Of a stretch of 24,000 nt of DNA, positions 1 through 24,000 are shown one piece after another. Origin of the DNA: Escherichia coli (GTDB lineage Bacteria; Pseudomonadota; Gammaproteobacteria; Enterobacterales; Enterobacteriaceae). Within the stretch, counting starts at the first letter, position 1, and every line of letters begins with the position of its first letter. Where the stretch lies: assembly GCF_041954705.1 (NCBI RefSeq), contig NZ_CP169569.1, one strand, 5' to 3'. The position numbers and the translations under genes were made by a program. The notes under the pieces are model-generated. The model ran no database searches. It saw only the letters and a list, made by a program, of their open reading frames with translations, and had not been told where the DNA came from.

Positions 1-1063
1 CTGGCACCATCCCCGCCAGCGGCGACAGAAAGATAACCAGCAGGAACAGCAGACCAACAACCACTGCCGTCAGACCGGTACGACCGCCAACCGATACGCC
101 GGAAGAGGACTCAATATAAGCCGTAACGGAAGAAGTACCGATAAACGAACCGGTCACGGAAGAGATACTGTCGACATACAGCGCCTGCTTCATGCGCGGG
201 AATTTCCCCTTCTCATCCGCCAGACCTGCTTTATCGGTCACGCCAATCAGCGTACCGGAGGAGTCAAACAAGTTGACCAACATGAAAGAGAAAATCACCC
301 CTGCCAGCCCGAGGTTAAACGACCCGGCTAAATCTACATGACCCACAACTGTCATTACGCTCGGCGGCGCAGAAACGATGCCATTGTAGTGCACATCACC
401 CAGCATCCAGCCCAGCAGCGTCGTCACCACGATAGAAACCAGCACCGCTGCGTGAATGTTGCGCGAGGCCAGAATAGCAATGATGAAGAAGCCGAGGATA
501 CCCAGAAGTACGCTGTGAGAAGTCAGATTACCGATGCTCACCAGCGTTTCCGGGTTAGCGACAATCACACCTGCGTTTTTCAGCCCCATCATGCCAATGA
601 ACAGACCGATACCGCTGGTAATACCCACACGCAGACTCACCGGAATGTTGGCTATCATCCAGTAGCGAACGCGGAAAATCGTCAGTAACAGCAGACCTAT
701 CGCGCCCCAGAAGATTGCGCCCATCCCGACCTGCCACGGCAAGCCCATCGCCTGTACAACGACAAAAGCGAAGAACGCATTCAGGCCCATAGCGGGTGCC
801 AGTGCAACTGGCAGGTTAGCAAACAGTCCCATCATAATACTGCCGAATGCAGCGATCAGACAGGTAGTGACGAAGACGGCGCTGGTATCCATGCCAGCAA
901 CGCCAAGAATTTGCGGGTTAACAAAAACGATGTAAACCATCGTCAGGAAGGTGGTAAAACCGGCGATCACTTCGGTCCGTGCCGTCGTGCCATGTTCGCG
1001 CAGTTTAAACACGCGTTCCAGCATCCCCTGACCAGAAGTCTGGGTGGTATGTTGATGACTCAT
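1..1063 (-). CDS. adeP: Adenine permease (NCS2/AzgA-like family), C-terminal end truncated by the window edge
   Basis: Minus-strand ATG at 1063 reads MSHQHTTQTSGQGMLERVFKLREHGTVARTEVIAGFTTFLTMVYIVFVNPQILGVAG... open to position 1. It is missing from the ORF track because its stop lies outside the window. Recognised as E. coli YieG/AdeP. Confidence 0.93.
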   Translation of the reverse strand, partial: MSHQHTTQTSGQGMLERVFKLREHGTTARTEVIAGFTTFLTMVYIVFVNPQILGVAGMDTSAVFVTTCLIAAFGSIMMGLFANLPVALAPAMGLNAFFAFVVVQAMGLPWQVGMGAIFWGAIGLLLLTIFRVRYWMIANIPVSLRVGITSGIGLFIGMMGLKNAGVIVANPETLVSIGNLTSHSVLLGILGFFIIAILASRNIHAAVLVSIVVTTLLGWMLGDVHYNGIVSAPPSVMTVVGHVDLAGSFNLGLAGVIFSFMLVNLFDSSGTLIGVTDKAGLADEKGKFPRMKQALYVDSISSVTGSFIGTSSVTAYIESSSGVSVGGRTGLTAVVVGLLFLLVIFLSPLAGMVP

Positions 1064-1162
1064 TATCTATTTCCGAACAAGGAGGGAAAATCCGTCGCTA
1101 TCGTATACCAAAATGCGACAATAGGCGCGTTTGTGAGAGACTTTTTTATTGGATTTACTTAT

Positions 1163-1178
1163 ACGGCAACGATTGCGT
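1163..1178. promoter_or_regulatory. Candidate PurR operator
   Basis: ACGGCAACGATTGCGT matches the classic PurR box ACGCAAACGTTTGCGT at 13 of 16 positions with the central CG conserved. It lies in the adeP/yieH divergent intergenic region. Confidence 0.5.
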
Positions 1179-1227
1179 TGCGCAAATCGGCTCTACGAAA
1201 ACGTTAAACTGATTAAAAAGGAAAGGC

Positions 1228-1893
1228 ATGTCCCGGATAGAAGCGGTATTTTTCGACTGCGACGGTACGCTGGTCGACAGTGAAGTCATTTGCTCTCGCG
1301 CATATGTAACGATGTTTCAGGAATTTGGTATTACGCTCGATCCTGAAGAGGTATTCAAACGTTTCAAAGGTGTAAAACTGTACGAAATTATCGATATTGT
1401 TTCCCTTGAACATGGTGTTACGTTAGCGAAAACAGAAGCTGAACACGTTTACCGTGCAGAAGTCGCTCGGCTGTTCGATTCAGAACTGGAAGCCATCGAA
1501 GGGGCTGGAGCGCTCCTGTCAGCGATCACTGCGCCAATGTGTGTGGTATCTAACGGCCCAAATAACAAAATGCAGCATTCTATGGGCAAGCTGAATATGT
1601 TGCACTACTTCCCGGATAAACTGTTCAGCGGCTACGATATTCAGCGCTGGAAGCCAGACCCGGCGTTAATGTTCCATGCGGCAAAAGCGATGAATGTAAA
1701 TGTAGAAAACTGCATTCTGGTTGATGACTCAGTTGCCGGTGCACAATCTGGTATCGACGCAGGTATGGAAGTGTTCTACTTCTGCGCCGACCCGCACAAT
1801 AAGCCGATCGTTCACCCGAAAGTCACCACCTTTACCCATCTTTCGCAGTTACCTGAACTGTGGAAAGCGCGTGGTTGGGATATTACGGCATAG
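1228..1893 (+). CDS. yieH: HAD-superfamily phosphatase YieH (6-phosphogluconate phosphatase)
   Basis: 221-aa ORF with N-terminal HAD motif I (FFDCDGTLVDSE), later ILVDDSVAG and KPDP motifs; recognised sequence. Confidence 0.95.
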   Translation: MSRIEAVFFDCDGTLVDSEVICSRAYVTMFQEFGITLDPEEVFKRFKGVKLYEIIDIVSLEHGVTLAKTEAEHVYRAEVARLFDSELEAIEGAGALLSAITAPMCVVSNGPNNKMQHSMGKLNMLHYFPDKLFSGYDIQRWKPDPALMFHAAKAMNVNVENCILVDDSVAGAQSGIDAGMEVFYFCADPHNKPIVHPKVTTFTHLSQLPELWKARGWDITA

Positions 1894-1896
1894 TTC

Positions 1897-1912
1897 TTCA
1901 CACTCCCTTCAC
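1897..1912 (+). promoter_or_regulatory. CreB-binding direct repeat (cre tag) upstream of cbrB
   Basis: TTCAC-ACTCCC-TTCAC exactly fits the described cre tag TTCAC-N6-TTCAC, 48 bp before the cbrB ATG (cbr = CreBC-regulated). Confidence 0.75.
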
Positions 1913-1959
1913 TTACCCCGCTTAAATTGGCGCTCAAAGGTAAGTAAAGGGAGTTTGAT

Positions 1960-2427
1960 ATGTCTGTTTCACGTCGGGTAATACATCACGGACTTTATTT
2001 TGCAGTTTTAGGACCGTTAATTGGTGTTCTGTTTCTTGTCCTCTACATATTCTTCGCAAAAGAACCGCTGGTTCTTTGGGTGATAATACATCCAATTTTT
2101 CTCTTATTGTCGATAACTACGGGAGCTATTCCTGCGTTGTTAACCGGTGTAATGGTTGCCTGTCTGCCGGAAAAGATCGGGTCACAGAAACGTTATCGTT
2201 GTCTGGCTGGTGGCATAGGTGGCGTCGTTATCACCGAGATCTATTGTGCAGTTATTGTACATATTAAGGGCATGGCTTCCTCGGAGTTGTTTGAAAACAT
2301 TCTTTCTGGTGACAGTCTCGTTGTCCGCATCATTCCTGCATTGCTGGCAGGTGTGGTGATGAGCAGAATCATTACCCGTCTACCCGGATTGGATATTTCA
2401 TGTCCTGAAACAGACTCTTTAAGTTAA
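1960..2427 (+). CDS. cbrB: Inner membrane protein CbrB, CreBC regulon, function unknown
   Basis: 155-aa ORF with several hydrophobic segments; recognised as E. coli CbrB (YieI). Confidence 0.9.
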   Translation: MSVSRRVIHHGLYFAVLGPLIGVLFLVLYIFFAKEPLVLWVIIHPIFLLLSITTGAIPALLTGVMVACLPEKIGSQKRYRCLAGGIGGVVITEIYCAVIVHIKGMASSELFENILSGDSLVVRIIPALLAGVVMSRIITRLPGLDISCPETDSLS

Positions 2428-11082
<8,655 letters not shown>

Positions 11083-11087
<5 letters not shown>

Positions 11088-11111
11088 TGCCTGCGAATGC
11101 AGTAACAATCC
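11083..11111 (-). promoter_or_regulatory. RAT site 1 for BglG
   Basis: Minus strand GGATTGTTACTGCATTCGCAGGCAAAACC. Closely similar to the second copy at 10136-10165 and overlaps the leader terminator arm by 5 nt. Confidence 0.9.
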
Positions 11112-11158
11112 AGTCATTTATTAATGGTTTTTATAACGAACATCCAGGTTCGGAAATT

Positions 11159-11220
11159 AATTTAATTGCGTGCAGAGAAAATAGCAATGCGCTATTGATA
11201 AAAATATGACCATGCTCGCA
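11159..11220 (-). promoter_or_regulatory. bgl promoter with CRP site
   Basis: Minus strand: TTGCTA (-35, 11182-11187), 17-bp spacer, TAAATT (-10, 11159-11164). A CRP-like site TGCGA-GCATGG-TCATA lies at 11205-11220, about 61 bp upstream of the inferred start. Confidence 0.75.
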
Positions 11221-11265
11221 GTTATTAACTTTGTGTAATTTTAGGAATTTATAAAGTTATATATA

Positions 11266-11298
11266 ACAAATCCCAATAATTAAGTTATTGGGATTTGT
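11266..11298 (-). terminator. Terminator at the end of the pst-phoU operon
   Basis: Perfect 14-bp inverted repeat acaaatcccaataa (11266-11279) / ttattgggatttgt (11285-11298) with a 5-nt loop, just downstream of phoU. Confidence 0.7.
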
Positions 11299-11306
11299 CT
11301 GGTGAA

Positions 11307-12032
11307 TTATTTGTCGCTATCTTTCCCCGCCAGCAGTTTATCCAGCTCATCGCCACCGACGTGACGGAAATCCTGCCCCTTCACGTAGTAGAAGATAAAC
11401 TCACAAATATTCTGGCAGCGGTCGCCAATACGTTCGATAGAACGCGCGCAGAACAGCGCAGTAAGTACGCTCGGAATGGTACGCGAATCTTCCATCATGT
11501 AGGTCATCAGTTGACGAACAATACCTTCGTATTCCTGATCGACTTTTTTATCTTCACGATAAATACGTACCGCTTCGTCAATGTCCATCCGCGCGAACGC
11601 GTCCAGCACGTCGTGCAGCATCTGGATGGTATGACGGCCCAGCGACTCCAGACTTACCAGCAACGGCTGATGCTGCTGGGAGAATTTCTCCAGCGCAGTA
11701 CGGCAGATTTTGTCCGCCACGTCGCCAATACGCTCCAGCTCGGCAATGGTTTTACTGATCACCATAACCAGTCGCAGGTCGCTCGCCGTCGGCTGACGTT
11801 TGGCGATAATGCGCACGCAGGCTTCATCGATCGCCACTTCCATCATGTTGACGTTCTTGTCGCCTTCGATGACGCGCTTCGCCAGATCGCTGTCCTGGTT
11901 ATGCATCGCGGTGATTGCATCAGAAAGCTGCTGCTCCACCATGCCGCCCATGGTCATCACCTGCGTGCGGATACTTTCCAGTTCGGCGTTGAACTGGCCG
12001 GAAATATGTTTATTAAGATTGAGACTGTCCAT
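11307..12032 (-). CDS. phoU: Phosphate-specific transport regulator PhoU
   Basis: [30 protein letters not shown]..., 241 aa from ATG at 12032; the track start at 12050 is an upstream in-frame ATG. Recognised. Confidence 0.96.
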   Translation of the reverse strand: MDSLNLNKHISGQFNAELESIRTQVMTMGGMVEQQLSDAITAMHNQDSDLAKRVIEGDKNVNMMEVAIDEACVRIIAKRQPTASDLRLVMVISKTIAELERIGDVADKICRTALEKFSQQHQPLLVSLESLGRHTIQMLHDVLDAFARMDIDEAVRIYREDKKVDQEYEGIVRQLMTYMMEDSRTIPSVLTALFCARSIERIGDRCQNICEFIFYYVKGQDFRHVGGDELDKLLAGKDSDK

Positions 12033-12046
12033 AACGCACTCCTGAA

Positions 12047-12906
<860 letters not shown>

Positions 12907-12935
12907 AGTGTTAACCGTGTACAGAGTCAAAAAGG

Positions 12936-12983
12936 CGCTCGGTCGGTCCCCTCGCCCCTCTGGGGAGAGGGTTAGGGTGAGGG
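12936..12983. repeat. GC-rich intergenic palindromic repeat, probably boxC-like
   Basis: ggcgctcggtcggtcccctcgcccctctggggagagggttagggtgagggg contains nested inverted cccctc/gagggg arms. The motif resembles a dispersed E. coli intergenic repeat; family name assigned from memory. Confidence 0.5.
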
Positions 12984-13002
12984 GAAAACCGTGTCAGCAA
13001 TA

Positions 13003-14855
<1,853 letters not shown>

Positions 14856-14894
14856 TTACTCTTCAGTTAAACGCGTTTACAAAGTCATTTTGTA

Positions 14895-14927
14895 ATGCCG
14901 GATGCGGCGTAAAACACCGTACCCGGC
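14895..14927. repeat. REP-like element between pstS and pstC
   Basis: tgccggatgcggcgtaaaacaccgtacccggcc resembles the REP core GCCGGATGCGGCGTNAA with an imperfect complementary arm. Confidence 0.65.
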
Positions 14928-14938
14928 CTGGAGTTTTA

Positions 14939-15997
<1,059 letters not shown>

Positions 15998-16029
15998 TCA
16001 TAAAGCATTGTTTGTTGGCTACGAGAAGC

Positions 16030-16085
16030 AAAATAGGACAAACAGGTGACAGTTATATGTAAGGAATATGACAGTTTTATGACAG
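16030..16085 (-). promoter_or_regulatory. pstS promoter with tandem Pho boxes
   Basis: Minus strand CTGTCAT-AAAA-CTGTCAT-ATTC-CTTACAT-ATAA-CTGTCAC: four 7-mers at 11-bp periodicity (16046-16085), followed by a candidate -10 TATTTT at 16030-16035. Confidence 0.9.
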
Positions 16086-16264
16086 AGAGATAAAGTCTTC
16101 AGTCTGATTTAAATAAGCGTTGATATTCAGTCAATTACAAACATTAATAACGAAGAGATGACAGAAAAATTTTCATTCTGTGACAGAGAAAAAGTAGCCG
16201 AAGATGACGGTTTGTCACATGGAGTTGGCAGGATGTTTGATTAAAAACATAACAGGAAGAAAAA

Positions 16265-16284
16265 TGCCCCGCTTACGCAGGGCA
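16265..16284 (-). terminator. glmS rho-independent terminator
   Basis: Minus strand TGCCCTGCGTAAGCGGGGCATTTTTCTTCC just downstream of the glmS stop. Confidence 0.85.
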
Positions 16285-16292
16285 TCCATTTA

Positions 16293-18122
16293 TTACTCAA
16301 CCGTAACCGATTTTGCCAGGTTACGCGGCTGGTCAACGTCGGTGCCTTTGATCAGCGCGACATGGTAAGCCAGCAGCTGCAGCGGAACGGTGTAGAAGAT
16401 CGGTGCAATCACCTCTTCCACATGCGGCATCTCGATGATGTGCATGTTATCGCTACTTACAAAACCCGCATCCTGATCGGCGAAGACATACAACTGACCG
16501 CCACGCGCGCGAACTTCTTCAATGTTGAATTTCAGTTTTTCCAGCAATTCGTTGTTCGGTGCAACAACAATAACCGGCATATCGGCATCAATTAGCGCCA
16601 GCGGACCGTGTTTCAGTTCGCCAGCAGCGTAGGCTTCAGCGTGAATGTAAGAGATCTCTTTCAACTTCAATGCGCCTTCCAGCGCGATTGGGTACTGATC
16701 GCCACGGCCCAGGAACAGCGCGTGATGTTTGTCAGAGAAATCTTCTGCCAGCGCTTCAATGCGTTTGTCCTGAGACAGCATCTGCTCAATACGGCTCGGC
16801 AGCGCCTGCAGACCATGCACGATGTCATGTTCAATGGAGGCATCCAGACCTTTCAGGCGAGACAGCTTCGCCACCAGCATCAACAGCACAGTTAACTGAG
16901 TGGTGAATGCTTTAGTGGATGCCACGCCGATTTCTGTACCCGCGTTGGTCATTAGCGCCAGATCGGATTCGCGCACCAGAGAAGAACCCGGAACGTTACA
17001 GATTGCCAGTGAACCAAGGTAACCCAGCTCTTTCGACAGACGCAGGCCAGCCAGGGTATCCGCGGTTTCGCCAGACTGTGACAAGGTGATCATCAGGCTG
17101 TTACGACGCACGGCAGATTTGCGATAGCGGAATTCAGAGGCGATTTCGACGTCGCACGGAATACCTGCTAGCGATTCAAACCAGTAGCGGGAAACCATAC
17201 CGGAGTTATAAGAAGTACCACAGGCGAGGATCTGAATATGCTCAACCTTCGACAGCAGTTCGTCGGCGTTCGGTCCCAGCTCGCTTAAATCAACCTGACC
17301 GTGGCTGATGCGTCCGGTAAGGGTGTTTTTGATCGCGTTCGGCTGTTCGTAGATCTCTTTCTGCATGTAGTGACGGTAAATGCCTTTATCGCCCGCGTCA
17401 TATTGCAGATTGGATTCGATATCCTGACGTTTTACTTCCGCGCCAGTTTTATCGAAGATGTTTACCGAACGGCGAGTGATTTCCGCAATATCGCCCTCTT
17501 CAAGGAAGATAAAGCGACGGGTCACCGGCAACAGCGCCAGCTGGTCAGAAGCGATAAAGTTTTCGCCCATCCCCAGGCCAATCACCAGCGGACTACCAGA
17601 ACGTGCCGCCAGCAGGGTATCCGGGTGACGGGAGTCCATGATCACTGTACCGTACGCACCACGCAGCTGCGGGATAGCACGCAGAACGGCCTCACGCAGA
17701 GTCCCGCCTTGTTTCAGCTCCCAGTTCACCAGATGGGCAATCACTTCGGTGTCGGTTTCAGAAACGAAGGTATAGCCACGCGCTTTTAGCTCTTCACGCA
17801 GCGGTTCATGGTTTTCGATGATGCCGTTATGCACCACCACAATGTGTTCAGAAACATGCGGATGCGCATTCACTTCTGAAGGTTCACCGTGGGTCGCCCA
17901 GCGAGTGTGAGCAATACCAGTGCCGCCATGCAGAGGATGTTCTTCCGCTGCCTGTGCCAGCATCTGGACTTTACCGAGGCGACGCAGGCGGGTCATATGA
18001 CCTTCTGCATCAACAACGGCCAGACCGGCAGAGTCATATCCGCGGTATTCCAGACGACGTAAACCTTCAAGAAGGATTTCTGCTACATCACGTTGCGCGA
18101 TCGCGCCAACAATTCCACACAT
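16293..18122 (-). CDS. glmS: Glutamine--fructose-6-phosphate aminotransferase (isomerizing) GlmS
   Basis: 609-aa ORF, N-terminal Ntn glutaminase MCGIVGA, two SIS domains, C-terminal LAKSVTVE; recognised. Confidence 0.97.
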   Translation of the reverse strand: MCGIVGAIAQRDVAEILLEGLRRLEYRGYDSAGLAVVDAEGHMTRLRRLGKVQMLAQAAEEHPLHGGTGIAHTRWATHGEPSEVNAHPHVSEHIVVVHNGIIENHEPLREELKARGYTFVSETDTEVIAHLVNWELKQGGTLREAVLRAIPQLRGAYGTVIMDSRHPDTLLAARSGSPLVIGLGMGENFIASDQLALLPVTRRFIFLEEGDIAEITRRSVNIFDKTGAEVKRQDIESNLQYDAGDKGIYRHYMQKEIYEQPNAIKNTLTGRISHGQVDLSELGPNADELLSKVEHIQILACGTSYNSGMVSRYWFESLAGIPCDVEIASEFRYRKSAVRRNSLMITLSQSGETADTLAGLRLSKELGYLGSLAICNVPGSSLVRESDLALMTNAGTEIGVASTKAFTTQLTVLLMLVAKLSRLKGLDASIEHDIVHGLQALPSRIEQMLSQDKRIEALAEDFSDKHHALFLGRGDQYPIALEGALKLKEISYIHAEAYAAGELKHGPLALIDADMPVIVVAPNNELLEKLKFNIEEVRARGGQLYVFADQDAGFVSSDNMHIIEMPHVEEVIAPIFYTVPLQLLAYHVALIKGTDVDQPRNLAKSVTVE

Positions 18123-18283
18123 AGTTTTTGATTCCGATTTATATCGTTGTCGGTCAACCTGTATGCCCGTTTTTTCGGGCGCCCCGAGCCTTGTAGAGAG
18201 TGGGGTTATTTTTATAGTTACTGCTTGTGGGAGGGAGATTATGTTATCTCCTCATCCCATGTGACCGGGTTAGCCGGCCAGAA

Positions 18284-19654
18284 TCACTTTTTCTTTACCG
18301 GACGACGCCAGCCTTCTTTCTGAGTCTGCGGCACACGGCTGATAGCTAATGCATTTTCGCCGACATTACGCGTCACAGTTGTACCCGCAGCAATGGTCGC
18401 GCCTTTGCCTACTGTTACCGGGGCCACCAGCTGAGTGTCGGAACCAACAAACACATCGTCGCCGATAATGGTCTTAAATTTATTCGCACCATCGTAGTTG
18501 CAGGTAATGGTTCCCGCGCCGATGTTAACGTTATCGCCAATTTCCGCATCGCCCAGGTAAGTCAGATGACCAGCTTTCGAGCCTTTACCCAGACGCGCTT
18601 TTTTCATCTCAACGAAGTTACCGACGTGAGCACCTTCCAGCAACTCAGCACCAGGACGCAAACGGGCAAACGGGCCAATGGTACAGGCCGCTGCCAGATT
18701 CGCATCTTCCACAACGGTATACGGACTGATTTCGCAATCATCGCCAATCACGCTGTTTTTAATCACGCAACCGGTGCCAATTTTCACGCGATGACCGAGA
18801 GTCACGTTGCCCTCGATGATAACGTTAGTATCAATTTCAACATCGCGCCCGTGAGTTAGCGTACCACGCAGATCAAAACGCGCTGGATCGCGCAGCATAA
18901 CGCCTGCTAACAGCAGTTTTTCAGCCTGTTCGGACTGATAAACACGCTCCAGACGGGAGAGTTGCAGGCGGTTATTCACGCCTTCTACTTCGCTTAAACG
19001 TTGCGGATGAACGGCGACGATTTCACGCCCTTCCTGATACGCCAGCGCAATAATGTCGGTGATGTAGTATTCGCCCTGAGCATTATTGTTGGTCAGCTTC
19101 GCCAGCCAGCGTTTCATATCTGCGCCGTTGGCAATCAGAATGCCGGTGTTGATCTCCTGAATCTGACGCTGCTCGTCGGTGGCATCTTTGTGCTCAACAA
19201 TGCCGGTAACTTTGCCGTTTTCACGGGTGATACGTCCATAACCGGTCGGATCATCCAGTTTCACCGTCAGCAGACCAATGCCACCCTGCGGTTTAGCATC
19301 ACGCAGACGCTGGAGTGTTTCGACAGAGATCAGCGGCACGTCGCCGTAGAGCATTAAAATGTCTTCATCATCGGCAAAGAAAGGTGCGGCCTGCTGCATT
19401 GCATGACCCGTACCCAGCTGCTCTGCCTGAAGCACCCAGTTAAGGTTGTCGTCTTTCAGCGCCTGTTTTAGCAGATCGCCGCCGTGACCGTACACCAGGT
19501 GAACGTGCGCTGCGCCTAATTCATTCGCAGCATCAATGACATGCTGAACCATCGCTTTCCCGGCAAGGGTATGCAGCACTTTCGGAAGATCGGAATACAT
19601 GCGCGTGCCTTTGCCTGCGGCAAGGATCACTACGCTCATAGCATTATTCAACAT
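18284..19654 (-). CDS. glmU: Bifunctional UDP-GlcNAc pyrophosphorylase / GlcN-1-P acetyltransferase GlmU
   Basis: 456-aa [21 protein letters not shown] motif and C-terminal left-handed beta-helix hexapeptide repeats; recognised. Confidence 0.97.
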   Translation of the reverse strand: MLNNAMSVVILAAGKGTRMYSDLPKVLHTLAGKAMVQHVIDAANELGAAHVHLVYGHGGDLLKQALKDDNLNWVLQAEQLGTGHAMQQAAPFFADDEDILMLYGDVPLISVETLQRLRDAKPQGGIGLLTVKLDDPTGYGRITRENGKVTGIVEHKDATDEQRQIQEINTGILIANGADMKRWLAKLTNNNAQGEYYITDIIALAYQEGREIVAVHPQRLSEVEGVNNRLQLSRLERVYQSEQAEKLLLAGVMLRDPARFDLRGTLTHGRDVEIDTNVIIEGNVTLGHRVKIGTGCVIKNSVIGDDCEISPYTVVEDANLAAACTIGPFARLRPGAELLEGAHVGNFVEMKKARLGKGSKAGHLTYLGDAEIGDNVNIGAGTITCNYDGANKFKTIIGDDVFVGSDTQLVAPVTVGKGATIAAGTTVTRNVGENALAISRVPQTQKEGWRRPVKKK

Positions 19655-19817
19655 ACGCGTCCTGACTGTAATTTGAGAACGAATTTAAACCGCTTCACCT
19701 TGAAAAAACTACATTTTTTTCATCGTGAAATGGACAGAGGATAAATTGTTCAATAACGGATTATCCCCGCTGACGAAAGCGCCATTTTCGACCATCGTCA
19801 CGCCTTTTGTCTGCAGA

Positions 19818-19840
19818 AAATTAAGGCAGTACCTTAATTT
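19818..19840. promoter_or_regulatory. 23-bp palindrome upstream of glmU, candidate regulator site (possibly NagC)
   Basis: Perfect 9-bp inverted repeat AAATTAAGG-CAGTA-CCTTAATTT in the atpC-glmU intergenic region; size and location fit a NagC-type operator. Confidence 0.35.
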
Positions 19841-19952
19841 AAGCGTCAGGTGGATGTTTTTGCTCTTATTTCGATCAATGAATAAACAGGAAAACAGGGG
19901 GGTTTTATATCAGCAGGATCTATGTGAACGCTATTCAGGACGGGTCACACGC

Positions 19953-19988
19953 GCAAAAAAAAGCCAGCCTGTTTCCAGACTGGCTTTT
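19953..19988 (-). terminator. Terminator of the atp operon
   Basis: Minus strand AAAAGCCAGTCTGGAAACAGGCTGGCTTTTTTTT immediately downstream of atpC. Confidence 0.88.
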
Positions 19989-20006
19989 GTGCTTTTCAAG
20001 CCGGTG

Positions 20007-20426
20007 TTACATCGCTTTTTTGGTCAACTCGATAACGCGCAGCTGCGCGATCGCTTTGGCCAGTTCCGCAGACGCCTGAGCGTAATCTACGTCGCCGTGA
20101 GAGCTGCTAATGTGCTCTTCAGCCTTACGTTTCGCTTCCATGGCTCGCGCTTCGTCGAGATCCTGGCCGCGAATTGCGGTGTCGGCCAGAACGGTCACGT
20201 TGCCAGGCTGCACTTCAAGAATGCCGCCAGACAGATAGATAAACTCTTCGTGACCGTGCTGTTTCACGATGCGAATCATACCAGGCTTAATGGCGGTGAG
20301 CAGCGGTGCGTGGCCAGGGTAGATCCCCAGTTCACCTTCGCTACCCGTTACCTGGATTTTCTCGACCAGACCAGAGAACATTTGTTGCTCTGCGCTGACG
20401 ACGTCCAGGTGGTAAGTCATTGCCAT
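20007..20426 (-). CDS. atpC: ATP synthase F1 epsilon subunit
   Basis: 139-aa [27 protein letters not shown]...; recognised. Confidence 0.97.
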
Positions 20427-20446
20427 ATCACCCTCCGATTAAGGCG

Positions 20447-22719
<2,273 letters not shown>

Positions 22720-22769
22720 GAGCTTCTCCTCAATGCCTTGCGGCCTGCCCTAAGGCAAGCCGCCAGACG

Positions 22770-24000
22770 TTACCAGGATTGGGTTGCTTTGAAGGAATCG
22801 AGGATGCCTTTCAGCTTGCCTTCGATTTCGTCGTTGTAGCCACCGGTCTGGTTGATCTCTTGCATCAACGGAGCGTGATCACGGTCGACGTAAGCCAGCA
22901 GAGCGGCTTCGAAGCTGCCAATTTTCGACAGTTCAACATCCGCCAGGTAACCACGTTCTGCTGCGAACAGAACCAGAGACTGCTGCGCAACGGACATCGG
23001 CGCATACTGTTTCTGTTTCAGCAGTTCGGTCACTTTCTGACCGTGGTCAAGCTGCTTACGTGTTGCATCGTCAAGGTCGGATGCAAACTGAGAGAACGCT
23101 GCCAGTTCACGATACTGTGCCAGAGCGGTACGGATACCACCGGACAGTTTTTTCATGATCTTGGTCTGTGCTGCACCACCAACACGGGATACGGAAATAC
23201 CCGGGTTAACCGCAGGACGAATACCGGCGTTGAACAGGTTGGTTTCCAGGAAGATCTGACCATCGGTAATGGAGATTACGTTGGTCGGAACGAACGCAGA
23301 AACGTCACCCGCCTGAGTTTCGATAATCGGCAGTGCGGTCAGAGAACCGGTTTTCCCTTTCACTTCACCTTTGGTGAAGGCTTCAACGTATTCGGCGTTA
23401 ACACGTGCAGCACGCTCCAGCAGACGAGAGTGGAGGTAGAAAACGTCGCCCGGGAATGCTTCACGTCCTGGCGGACGACGGAGCAGCAGGGAGATCTGAC
23501 GGTAAGCAACAGCCTGTTTAGACAGGTCATCGTAAATGATCAGCGCATCTTCACCGCGGTCACGGAAGTATTCGCCCATTGCGCAACCGGCATACGGTGC
23601 CAGGTATTGCAGTGCAGCGGATTCAGACGCGGTTGCTACCACAACGATGGTGTTAGCCAGTGCGCCGTGCTCTTCCAGTTTACGTACCACGTTAGAAATG
23701 GTGGACGCTTTCTGGCCGATAGCGACATAGATACATTTGATACCGGAATCGCGCTGGTTGATGATGGCATCGATAGCCAGTGCGGTTTTACCTGTCTGAC
23801 GGTCACCGATGATCAATTCACGCTGACCACGACCGATTGGGATCATGGAGTCAACGGCTTTATAACCGGTCTGTACCGGCTGATCTACGGACTGACGTTC
23901 GATAACGCCCGGAGCGATTGCTTCTACAGCAGAGAAGCCGTCGTGATCCAGCGGACCTTTACCGTCGATTGGTGCACCCAGAGTGTTAACCACACGGCCC
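22770..24000 (-). CDS. atpA: ATP synthase F1 alpha subunit, N-terminal part beyond the window edge
   Basis: Open reading frame runs off the right edge ([21 protein letters not shown]...), includes P-loop GDRQTGKTA and ends ...[14 protein letters not shown]. The 407-aa track ORF begins at an internal methionine. Confidence 0.97.

Noticed and set aside
338-688. 116-aa plus-strand ORF over adeP
   Set aside because: Antisense to the recognised permease gene; the track simply omits adeP because its stop is outside the window.
17301-17789. 162-aa plus-strand ORF inside glmS
   Set aside because: Antisense shadow of the glmS coding region with no motif or regulatory signal.

Overview
This window is ordinary Escherichia coli core chromosome. 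I recognised it from gene order and protein sequence, with no database search. Left to right it carries: a truncated adenine permease gene (adeP/yieG, -); yieH (+), cbrB (+) and cbrC (+); the cryptic beta-glucoside locus read on the minus strand (bglG-bglF-bglB-bglH-yieL-yieK); the phosphate uptake operon (pstS-pstC-pstA-pstB-phoU, -); glmU-glmS (-); and the distal part of the ATP synthase operon (atpA partial, atpG, atpD, atpC, -). Intergenic features include two BglG antiterminator (RAT)/terminator modules, an 11-bp periodic Pho box array before pstS, a direct repeat matching the CreB site before cbrB, a PurR-like box between adeP and yieH, REP/BIME-type elements in the pst operon, several rho-independent terminators, and an apparently empty attTn7 region downstream of glmS. 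I found no mobile element, CRISPR array, tRNA/rRNA or defence system, and nothing that supports an undescribed system. The most under-studied items are CbrB, CbrC, the YieK/YieL pair and an unassigned 23-bp palindrome before glmU. ORFs antisense to known genes are judged spurious.
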